Positions 9,265 to 17,159 of a stretch of 54,593 nucleotides of DNA are shown here, in pieces. The translations under genes and the position numbers were made by a program. The notes beneath the pieces are model-generated. The model was given only the letters and a program-made list of their open reading frames with translations, ran no database searches and was not told the origin of the DNA. Each line of letters begins with the position of its first letter. Position 1 is the stretch's first letter. The stretch is from Candidatus Moraniibacteriota bacterium (GTDB lineage Bacteria > Patescibacteriota > Minisyncoccia > Moranbacterales > UBA11712): NCBI GenBank assembly GCA_030679895.1, contig JAUXSN010000007.1, positions 1 to 54,593 on the forward strand, in the 5' to 3' direction.

Positions 9265-10494
9265 ATGAAACAATCCCAACTTTTCACTAAAACTCAAAAG
9301 AACGCGCCCAAAGATGAAATGAGTCTCAATGCCCAGCTCCTTATTCGTGGCGGTTTTGTCGATAAATTGATGGCCGGAGCCTATACTATTTTGCCGTTGG
9401 GTTGGCGAGTCATGAAAAAGATCGAGAATATCATTCGGGAAGAAATAGACGCTATCGGCGGTCAAGAAATTTTTATGCCGGCTCTCCAACCAAAGGAGAA
9501 TTGGGAGCGTACTGGAAGATGGAGCACTATGGATGATTTGTATAAAGTGAAGGACTCAAGTGATCGGGAGTTTGCGCTCGGTGCCACCCATGAGGAGGTC
9601 ATTTCGCCACTCGTAAAAAAATTTATAAATTCCTATAAAGATCTGCCATTTTCCGCCTATCAGATCCAAAGTAAATTCCGGATGGAGTTACGGGCTAAGT
9701 CTGGTATCCTGCGGGGCCGCGAATTTATGATGAAAGATCTTTATTCTTTTCATCTGGATCAAGAGGATCTTAATAATTATTATGAAAAGGCAAAAAAGGC
9801 TTATAAAAATATTTTTGAGCGTGTTGGTATCGGCGACAAAACTTTTGTAACATTCGCTTCAGGCGGTTCATTTTCCAAATATTCGCATGAGTTCCAAACA
9901 CTTACCGAGGCCGGAGAGGATATTATTTATATTTGCAATAAATGCAATCTAGCCATAAACAAAGAAATCAAGTCTGAAACGCCACAATGCCCCGATTGCC
10001 AGGGAAGCGATTTTAGGGAAGAAAAAGCGGTGGAAGTCGGGAATATATTCAAACTCGGAACAAAATACAGCGCGCCTTTCAATTTGGCAGTTGACAATAA
10101 GCAAGGGGAAAAAGTAACTTTGATCATGGGATGTTACGGAATCGGTCTGCAAAGGCTGATGGGAACGATCGTAGAGGTCGATAATGATGAAAAGGGGATT
10201 ATCTGGCCGGAATCGATCGCGCCTTTCAAGGTTCATCTTGTTAGTCTTGGAAAAAATGAGGAAGCGGAAAAAATATATCAAGATCTTCTAAAGAAAAATA
10301 TTGAAGTATTGTACGACGATCGGGACGTAAGCGCCGGAGAAAAGTTTGCCGATACGGATCTTATCGGTCTTCCTTATCGCGTAGTCGTTAGCGAAAAATC
10401 CCTCAAAAGCGGGGGAGCGGAAATAAAAAAACGCCCGGAACCAAAAGGCGAAATTATTCCGACTGACAAAATAGCAGCGGAATTATCCAAATAG
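9265..10494 (+). CDS. proS: Proline--tRNA ligase (short, no INS editing domain)
   Basis: LGATHEE, YQIQSKFR.E.R...GILRGREF.MKDLYSF, EVGNIFKLG.KYS, MGCYGIG, GIIWP..IAPF. Confidence 0.96.
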   Translation: MKQSQLFTKTQKNAPKDEMSLNAQLLIRGGFVDKLMAGAYTILPLGWRVMKKIENIIREEIDAIGGQEIFMPALQPKENWERTGRWSTMDDLYKVKDSSDREFALGATHEEVISPLVKKFINSYKDLPFSAYQIQSKFRMELRAKSGILRGREFMMKDLYSFHLDQEDLNNYYEKAKKAYKNIFERVGIGDKTFVTFASGGSFSKYSHEFQTLTEAGEDIIYICNKCNLAINKEIKSETPQCPDCQGSDFREEKAVEVGNIFKLGTKYSAPFNLAVDNKQGEKVTLIMGCYGIGLQRLMGTIVEVDNDEKGIIWPESIAPFKVHLVSLGKNEEAEKIYQDLLKKNIEVLYDDRDVSAGEKFADTDLIGLPYRVVVSEKSLKSGGAEIKKRPEPKGEIIPTDKIAAELSK

Positions 10495-10516
10495 CATTCC
10501 CAATCAATTATCCTGC

Positions 10517-10542
10517 GTCAGTCGAAGCGACTGGCTTTTTTT
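10517..10542 (+). terminator. Intrinsic terminator between convergent proS and aspS
   Basis: GTCAGTCG-AAG-CGACTGGC followed by T7. Confidence 0.7.
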
Positions 10543-10555
10543 ATAGACAATATTA

Positions 10556-12340
10556 TTATTTTTTCACTGCAATATTCGCTTCGTTCAGTTGTTTTTCATC
10601 CACTTCGCTCGGACTATCCATCATCAGGTCTCGTCCGCTTCCGTCTTTGGGAAAAGCGTATATGTCCCGAATGGAGTCCAAATCATGAAGAACCATCAAA
10701 ATGCGGTCAATTCCCGGCGCGTTTCCTCCATGGGGAGGAGCGCCGTATTTGAAGGCGCGAACCAGCGCGCCAAAACGTTCATCCACGTCTTTCCTGGAAT
10801 AATTCGCGATTTCAAAAGCTTTATACATTATTTCCGGATCATGGTTTCGAATAGCGCCGCTGGAGGCTTCAAAACCGTTCAAAACCAAGTCGTATTGATA
10901 GGCTAGAACATCCAGGGGATCTTTTTCTTGAAGCGCCTGGAGTCCGCCTTGGGGCATAGAAAATGGATTGTGTTCAAAATCAATTTTTTTAGGGTCAATT
11001 TCCGAATAGGAATACATCGGGAAATCAACAATCCAGCACCAGGCCGCCAAGCTGCTGTCTTTCAATCCCAATTTGGCCGCGCATTCACTTCGGACAGCTC
11101 CCAGGCTCAAGCAAACCATTTTCCAGTCATCGGCTCCGAAAAATATAATATCATTTTCTTTCGCGCCGACCTCATCCACAATTTTTTGCGCCAAATCATC
11201 GCCTAAAAATTTAATTATGGGCGATTGTAATTTTCCTTCGCGGAAAAATATATAGGCAAGTCCCTTGGCACCTTTCATTTTCGAGATTTCGGTAAATTCG
11301 TCAATTTCTTTTCTCGTGAATTTTGCTCCGCCTTCAACTTTCAAGGCGTGAACGACACCGCCTTTATCGATCGCGTCCGAAAATACCGAAAATCCACAAT
11401 CTTTGACCGTTTCCGTGATCGGCCTGATCTCCATCTCAAATCTCAAGTCCGGTTTATCGGTTCCGAAGCGGGTCATAGCTTCCCGCCAGGGAATTCTTTG
11501 AAATTTTCCATTTTCATCCAGATTGACAATTTTCTTTTGGGAGAATTTTTTCGTCAGATCTATCATCAACGGATCCATCAGATCCAAAACATCTTCCTGG
11601 GTCACAAAACTCATTTCAATATCAAGTTGATAAAACTCGCCATAGTGCCTGTCCATTCGAGGATCTTCGTCCCGAAAACAGGGAGCAATTTGAAAATATC
11701 GGTCCAATCCTCCGACCATCAGAAGCTGTTTGAATTGCTGGGGGGCTTGAGGAAGAGCATAGAATTTCCCCGGGTGCAGCCGGGAAGGAACCAGAAAGTC
11801 GCGCGCCCCTTCCGGAGAAGAATTGGCGAGTATCGGCGTCTGGATTTCAATGAAATCGCGTGCCTGAAGATAATTTCTTATGTGTTGAATGTATTTATCT
11901 TTCAATGCGAGTAGTTTTTGGAGTTCCGGACGGCGCAGGTCAACGAAACGATACTGCAATCGCAAAGTTTCATTGGCTTCGTCTGATTTTTCTTCATCGA
12001 GTTCAAAGGGAGGAGTTTCGGATTTATTGAGAATCGCAAGTTCGCTGATTTCAACTTCTATTTCGCCGGTCACAAGTTTGGGATTGATCATTTCCGCGGG
12101 CCTCGCGACAACCGTGCCGGCAGCTTTCACGACCCACTCGTGCCGCAACTTGTCGGCCTCTTTCCATGCAACGCGGTCGATCGCGGAATCAAACTTGATT
12201 TGCGTAAGTCCGTAGCGGTCCCGCAGATCAATAAAAATAATCCCGCCATGATCCCGCCGCCGGTGCACCCAGCCGGCCAGAACAACCCCTTGGCCGATAT
12301 TGGATTTATTCAATTCCCCACAAGTGTGCGTTCGTAGCAT
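10556..12340 (-). CDS. aspS: Aspartate--tRNA ligase (possibly non-discriminating)
   Basis: MLRTHTCGEL, GWVHRRRDHGG, PEGARDFLVPSR, ALPQAPQQFKQLLM, CFRDED, GAPPHGG..PGIDR. Confidence 0.98.
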   Translation of the reverse strand: MLRTHTCGELNKSNIGQGVVLAGWVHRRRDHGGIIFIDLRDRYGLTQIKFDSAIDRVAWKEADKLRHEWVVKAAGTVVARPAEMINPKLVTGEIEVEISELAILNKSETPPFELDEEKSDEANETLRLQYRFVDLRRPELQKLLALKDKYIQHIRNYLQARDFIEIQTPILANSSPEGARDFLVPSRLHPGKFYALPQAPQQFKQLLMVGGLDRYFQIAPCFRDEDPRMDRHYGEFYQLDIEMSFVTQEDVLDLMDPLMIDLTKKFSQKKIVNLDENGKFQRIPWREAMTRFGTDKPDLRFEMEIRPITETVKDCGFSVFSDAIDKGGVVHALKVEGGAKFTRKEIDEFTEISKMKGAKGLAYIFFREGKLQSPIIKFLGDDLAQKIVDEVGAKENDIIFFGADDWKMVCLSLGAVRSECAAKLGLKDSSLAAWCWIVDFPMYSYSEIDPKKIDFEHNPFSMPQGGLQALQEKDPLDVLAYQYDLVLNGFEASSGAIRNHDPEIMYKAFEIANYSRKDVDERFGALVRAFKYGAPPHGGNAPGIDRILMVLHDLDSIRDIYAFPKDGSGRDLMMDSPSEVDEKQLNEANIAVKK

Positions 12341-12453
12341 AAATAAATAGTACTTTATATTGGAATATTATTCAAGACCACTGTTTTTTTTCTCCGTTTA
12401 TGCTAATGTTATAATTAATGGATTTCAATAGTCATAATTTTTCATAAAACATT

Positions 12454-13719
12454 ATGGACGCAAATAAAAATTGGGAAATTCTCAAACAAACCGATCCGGA
12501 GATATACGACGCCTTGATCGGCGAAGAAAAAAGGGAACAAAAAGGAGTGGAACTCATTCCTTCGGAAAATTATACCTATCCCGAAGTTTTTGCCGCCAAC
12601 GGCTCGATTTTGACTAATAAATACGCCGAAGGCTATCCGGGCAAACGATATTATGGCGGGCAAGAATATACGGATATTGTCGAAAATCTCGCGCGAGACC
12701 GCGCCAAGAAACTTTTTCGCTGTGAACACGCCAACGTCCAACCTCTTTCCGGTTCGCCTATGAACCAAGCCGTATATTTTGCCTTTCTCAATCCCGGCGA
12801 CACCGTTCTCGCGATGGAACTTTCGCATGGAGGGCATTTGACCCACGGCGCGCCGGTTTCGCACATGGGAAAAGTCTTCAATTTTGTCCGTTACAAAACC
12901 CATCCGGACGAAAAAGGAAGAATCGATTTTGAAGAACTTTTGAAAGTTGCCAAAGAATGCCGGCCGAAAATCGTCATGTGCGGATATACTTCTTATCCGC
13001 GAGATTATGATTATACGGATTTCAAAAAAGTGGCGGATGAAGTGGGCGCCATAACTTTCGCGGACGTCGCCCACATTGGGGGACTCATAGCAGCCGGCGT
13101 GATGAGAAATCCTTTTGATTATGGCTTTGACGTGGTTTCGACGACGACCCACAAGTCATTGCGCGGCCCGCGAGCGGGAATGATAATGTGCAAAGAAAAA
13201 TACGCCGCACAAATTGACAAATCTGTTTTCCCCGGTCTGCAGGGCGGTCCGCATATGCAAACAATTGCGTCAATAGCTGTCGCATTGGGCAAAGCGCTTG
13301 AACCGGAATTCAAGGAGTATGGAAAACAAGTTCTGGCCAATTCGAAAACTTTGGCCCGGGAGCTTATGGATAACGGTGTGAAACTTGTCACGGACGGGAC
13401 AGACAATCATATGATGGTTGCGAACACAGTGCAAAGTTTCGGCATCGACGGAAAATTGGCCGAGCAAACCCTGGATAAAATTTCCATCACTGTCAACAAA
13501 CAGATCATCCCGGATGATCCCAACCCGCCCTTGAAACCCAGTGGCATCAGATTGGGAACTCCCGCGGCGACAACGCGAGGAATGAAAGAAGATGATATGA
13601 AAAAATTGGGAAAATGGATCATTGAAGCCTTGAAAAATCATCAAGACGAAAGCAAACTGGAGGAAATCAAAAAAGAAGTTGAGAAGTTTTGCATCAAATT
13701 TCCAGTGCCGGGAATATAA
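12454..13719 (+). CDS. glyA: Serine hydroxymethyltransferase
   Basis: LIPSEN, NKYAEGYPGKRYYGG, GGHLTHG, STTTHKSLRGPR (PLP lysine), FPGLQGGP, SGIRLGTP. Confidence 0.99.
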   Translation: MDANKNWEILKQTDPEIYDALIGEEKREQKGVELIPSENYTYPEVFAANGSILTNKYAEGYPGKRYYGGQEYTDIVENLARDRAKKLFRCEHANVQPLSGSPMNQAVYFAFLNPGDTVLAMELSHGGHLTHGAPVSHMGKVFNFVRYKTHPDEKGRIDFEELLKVAKECRPKIVMCGYTSYPRDYDYTDFKKVADEVGAITFADVAHIGGLIAAGVMRNPFDYGFDVVSTTTHKSLRGPRAGMIMCKEKYAAQIDKSVFPGLQGGPHMQTIASIAVALGKALEPEFKEYGKQVLANSKTLARELMDNGVKLVTDGTDNHMMVANTVQSFGIDGKLAEQTLDKISITVNKQIIPDDPNPPLKPSGIRLGTPAATTRGMKEDDMKKLGKWIIEALKNHQDESKLEEIKKEVEKFCIKFPVPGI

Positions 13720-13721
13720 CC

Positions 13722-13744
13722 CACTCCAACATTCAATGTTGGGG
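13722..13744. repeat. Dyad repeat family copy 1 (CCAACATT-C-AATGTTGG), just after the glyA stop
   Basis: 19-nt identity (CACTCCAACATTCAATGTT) with 47384-47402; related copies at 31590-31622 and 54314-54346. Confidence 0.9.
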
Positions 13745-13761
13745 TAAAGAAATCTATTTAT

Positions 13762-13845
13762 ATGAAAAAGAGCAATATGCCTCCATACACGATCTGTTGC
13801 AAAACTTTCAGGTATAATATCTTGAGAGCCTTTTACTGTTGTTGA
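13762..13845 (+). CDS. Putative 27-aa leader peptide with two Cys-Cys pairs (MKKSNMPPYTICCKTFRYNILRAFYCC)
   Basis: Hand-translated; below the ORF-track cut-off; overlaps a segment complementary to the downstream terminator. May be spurious. Confidence 0.25.
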   Translation: MKKSNMPPYTICCKTFRYNILRAFYCC

Positions 13846-13872
13846 TAAAAAATATATAAGGATTAGCGGAAG

Positions 13873-13901
13873 AAAAGTTCTCAAGATATGAGAACTTTTT
13901 T
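13873..13901 (+). terminator. Intrinsic terminator directly upstream of the ParB-Srx gene
   Basis: AAAAGTTCTCA-AGATA-TGAGAACTTTT then more T's; ends about 19 nt before the ATG at 13920. Confidence 0.7.
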
Positions 13902-13919
13902 AATTTTTTACATAAAAAC

Positions 13920-14309
13920 ATGAAGAAAATTCAAATTATATCGATAAAAAAACTGAAGCCGCATGAAAAAACGAACCGGATAAACTTGAAAAAAATAAAA
14001 TTTCAACTACGCAAAGAGGGTCGGCTTATTAATCCGATTATTGTCGATCGGGATAATCTGATTATTCTTGACGGGCACCATAGGGTCAGAGCGTTGGCAG
14101 AACTGGGTTATAAAAAAATTGCGGCTTACTTAGTCGACTATTCCAGCGAACGGATAAAAGTGCTTCCGCGGAGACCTGGCATAAAGATTTCAAAGGAAAT
14201 AATTATCAAAAAAGCGCAAGCGGGGAAAGTTTTCCCGCATAAAACCTCAAAGCACCTTATTCCCGACAGGCCGAAAAATATAAACACCCCGCTTTATAGC
14301 TTGAAATAA
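13920..14309 (+). CDS. Stand-alone ParB/Sulfiredoxin-fold protein, SerK/SbnI-like
   Basis: LKPHE, PIIV, ILDGHHR, LVDY and C-terminal SKE.II....GKVFPHKTSKH.IP..P match both ends of archaeal SerK as I recall it; no HTH or central domain. Confidence 0.8.
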   Translation: MKKIQIISIKKLKPHEKTNRINLKKIKFQLRKEGRLINPIIVDRDNLIILDGHHRVRALAELGYKKIAAYLVDYSSERIKVLPRRPGIKISKEIIIKKAQAGKVFPHKTSKHLIPDRPKNINTPLYSLK

Positions 14310-14399
14310 AAGGGATGCGGAGATATGATAAGATTAGAGTTGATTTTAAACCACTAATATTTCTACGAAACTCATAAAAAAAATGACATGTGCGAATAT

Positions 14400-14428
14400 T
14401 TGTCGCAAAAATGAATATTTGCTATATT
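14400..14428 (+). promoter_or_regulatory. Sigma70-like promoter for the 14436 micro-ORF / EamA leader
   Basis: TTGTCG (14400-14405), 17-nt spacer, TG-c-TATATT (-10 at 14423-14428). Confidence 0.55.
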
Positions 14429-14435
14429 ATAACTA

Positions 14436-14528
14436 ATGGAGCAAAAACAAAAAACAAAGGACGAAAGCTGCACTGCTTATCAGTGTAGCGAGGGAGAACC
14501 AGGATGTGAAATTTCGAAAATCGTTTGA
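14436..14528 (+). CDS. Putative 30-aa Cys-containing peptide MEQKQKTKDESCTAYQCSEGEPGCEISKIV
   Basis: Hand-translated; ATG lies 7 nt after the -10 box (leaderless geometry); its C-x4-C-x6-C pattern resembles a segment of the 16731 protein. Confidence 0.45.
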   Translation: MEQKQKTKDESCTAYQCSEGEPGCEISKIV

Positions 14529-14696
14529 CGGATCTTTTTGCAATAGCTTCCCTTGCGATTTTTTTATCAATTTTCCGCTAACTCCCTGTCCTTGGTATTT
14601 TTTATCAACCGTCAAACTGTGGTCTTCTTAACTAATTACCCAAAAAGATATTAGAAATCTAGAACTTTTAAGTTTTACTAACTGCGTAGAAATCAT

Positions 14697-15620
14697 ATGA
14701 GTTGGTTTTTTATAGCACTTCTCGGGCCTTTTTTGTATGCTCTGACGAATTATATTGATAAAGTTCTCCTGGAGAGATATTTTAAAAAGAGTGGGATTGG
14801 CACTGTCCTACTTTTCTCTTCTTTGGGTTCTGTGTTTGCACTGCCTTTTTTCTTATTGATAGATAGAACAGTGTTAGATGTTAGTTTTGTAAATATTCTT
14901 ATTCTCGCGATTAAAGGAATGTTGGGTGTGGGGGTGCTGTGGTGCTATTTAATAGCTCTCAGGGACGAAGAAACCTCCGTAGTAATAGTTTTTTACCAGC
15001 TTGTTCCTGTGTTTGGAAGCATATTGGGTTATCTTGTGCTTGGTGAAGTTTTAACCCATATGCAATTGATTTCCATGGCGATCATTATTCTTGGTACGAC
15101 AATCATTGCGTTTGAAGTAGATTTAGATAATCATTTTAAGCTTCGAAAAAAGAGTACTATTATACCAATGCTAGGGGCTTCCTTTTTTTGGGCATTAGGC
15201 GGAACCATTTTTAAATTAGTAGCGCTTAAAGAAAATTTATGGAGATCATTGTTTTGGGAAAACCTTATGTTCGTATTAGTAGGTATTTGTATATTTATTT
15301 TTATACGTTCTTATCGAGAAAATTTTATATCGGCGTTTAAAAGTAACTCTAAAAATATTTTATCACTCAATGTTTTGAATGAGTCTATATACATATCAGG
15401 AAATGTGGTTGTTGCCTACGCGTATCTTCTTGCTCCTGTCGGGCTCGTATTGCTTACACAATCATTTCAACCAATTTTCGTTTTGTTTATAGGTGTGATA
15501 CTGACCGTTTTCTTTCCAAAAATAATAGTTGAGAAAATAGAGGCAAAACATATCTGGCAAAAAATTATTGCAATCAGTCTAACGGGAATCGGCACCTATC
15601 TTTTGCTTTTTTATAAATAA
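14697..15620 (+). CDS. EamA/DMT-family transporter
   Basis: About 10 hydrophobic helices in two repeats; ALTNYIDK, YQLVPVF, LVLGEVL, QPIFVL. Confidence 0.88.
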   Translation: MSWFFIALLGPFLYALTNYIDKVLLERYFKKSGIGTVLLFSSLGSVFALPFFLLIDRTVLDVSFVNILILAIKGMLGVGVLWCYLIALRDEETSVVIVFYQLVPVFGSILGYLVLGEVLTHMQLISMAIIILGTTIIAFEVDLDNHFKLRKKSTIIPMLGASFFWALGGTIFKLVALKENLWRSLFWENLMFVLVGICIFIFIRSYRENFISAFKSNSKNILSLNVLNESIYISGNVVVAYAYLLAPVGLVLLTQSFQPIFVLFIGVILTVFFPKIIVEKIEAKHIWQKIIAISLTGIGTYLLLFYK

Positions 15621-15698
15621 GATTCGCTAATTTAAAATTTTGCCATTTATATAGAAAAGTAATATAGTAAGGTTCATTCAACATATTTACTATTTTTT

Positions 15699-16658
15699 AT
15701 GATACCCGAATTTCCGAATTTCAAAAAACTAGAGCTGTCAGACAAAAAAGAGATTGAAAAATTTCTTTCAAAATTCCCACCGTACTCAGTTTTTAATTTT
15801 ACGAATTTATGGGCGTGGGATATAAGAGCTGATCGTAAAATAGCAAAACTAAATGGAAATTTAGTTGTACGCTTTACGGACTATGAAACAAAGGAGCCAT
15901 TCCTTTCTTTTTTAGGTGTCAATAAATGTGAAAGTACCGTATTCACACTTTTGTCATTTGCCGGCAGTTCAAATATATCTCCAAAACTCCGCTTCATAAC
16001 AGAAGAATCAAGCATGCGTCTGCAATCTGTCAATTTGCTTGTAAAAGAGGACCGCGACAATTTTGATTACTTTTTTTCTACGGCTGAGCTAGCTAAGCTC
16101 CAAGGTATCAAATTTAAAAAACATAGGAATCTTGCCAGAAGATTCTCGGAAAAATATCCGGATGCTGTTTTTCAATTAAAAGATCTGAGTGATTTATCAA
16201 TACAGAACAAACTTCATCTTGTGTTGCGACAGTGGGAGCAGCGGAAAAAAATGCAAAATAAAGCATGCGATCTAAAGTTTGAAAAAAAAGCACTCAATCG
16301 TTTGCTAAAAAATGCCAAGACTCATAAGTTAATCTTGTCCTGCATTTTTTTACATGATGCGTTGCTTGGTTTCAGTATTGACGAAGTATTGCCCGGTCGA
16401 AACGCGATTGCCCATTTTATCAAAGCCGATAATTCTTTTAGAGGCATATATGAGTTTCTCAATAGGGAATTAGCTCAATATCTAACAACCCTTAAAATTA
16501 CGTTATGGAATTGGCAACAAGATTTAAATATTAAAAATTTAAGGGAAACAAAATTAGGTTATCGTCCAATTGCTTTCCTCAAAAGATATACAGTCTCACT
16601 TAATGCTGCCCATGAGCATGATTTGCAAAAACTACACAAAGAAGTTCTTAAAAAATAA
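15699..16658 (+). CDS. DUF2156 / aminoacyl-phosphatidylglycerol-synthase-like GNAT domain protein (soluble)
   Basis: FNFTNLWAW, EDRDNFDY, L.G.KFKKHRN, HFIKAD...GIY, QQDLNIKNLRETKLGYRP follow the DUF2156 pattern. Confidence 0.85.
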   Translation: MIPEFPNFKKLELSDKKEIEKFLSKFPPYSVFNFTNLWAWDIRADRKIAKLNGNLVVRFTDYETKEPFLSFLGVNKCESTVFTLLSFAGSSNISPKLRFITEESSMRLQSVNLLVKEDRDNFDYFFSTAELAKLQGIKFKKHRNLARRFSEKYPDAVFQLKDLSDLSIQNKLHLVLRQWEQRKKMQNKACDLKFEKKALNRLLKNAKTHKLILSCIFLHDALLGFSIDEVLPGRNAIAHFIKADNSFRGIYEFLNRELAQYLTTLKITLWNWQQDLNIKNLRETKLGYRPIAFLKRYTVSLNAAHEHDLQKLHKEVLKK

Positions 16659-16730
16659 ATATAAGGCGTTGATGTCCTTGCTCTTGCATAATCACACTTA
16701 TTTATGTAATATTAATGTAGCAAATCGACT

Positions 16731-17147
16731 ATGGATGTTAAACAAAAAATTCGTAATTACTTTTTTTTCTACATACTCGCGACTCTTATTTTCGTCGTCG
16801 GTGTTTTTTCTTATTACCGTTTTATTATCAAGCAAGACTATATGGTTGGATATGAAGGCGTCTGCGATCCAGTTGCAAATACGAATAAATGTTTTGTAGG
16901 TTGCGAGGATGATGCTTGCACTAAAGAGTACTACTACTTAAAGATGGTAAAATATGCGCCTGATTTATACAAAGAATGCGGCGAAGATATAACTGATTGT
17001 GAATCGGCTAATTCGTGTCTTCCGGGCGATCACGATTGTTCCGAAACATATTGCAACCCTGAAGACGAAGGTGACACTTGCGCAACGGAGAAAAATACCC
17101 AAAACGATAAGAACGATGTTAAAGAAGAATCATCACAAAATGAATAA
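16731..17147 (+). CDS. Membrane-anchored cysteine-rich acidic protein
   Basis: One N-terminal TM helix, then 10 Cys in about 75 aa and an acidic tail; 12 nt from the kinase gene. Confidence 0.85.
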   Translation: MDVKQKIRNYFFFYILATLIFVVGVFSYYRFIIKQDYMVGYEGVCDPVANTNKCFVGCEDDACTKEYYYLKMVKYAPDLYKECGEDITDCESANSCLPGDHDCSETYCNPEDEGDTCATEKNTQNDKNDVKEESSQNE

Positions 17148-17159
17148 ATAATCCAATTT

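Noticed and set aside
13920-14309. Chromosome-partitioning ParB
   Set aside because: Too short, no HTH or dimerisation domain, no parA neighbour; DGHHR rather than GERR.
14433-14615. 60-aa minus-strand ORF
   Set aside because: No clear promoter or motif; the plus-strand peptide has the better promoter geometry.
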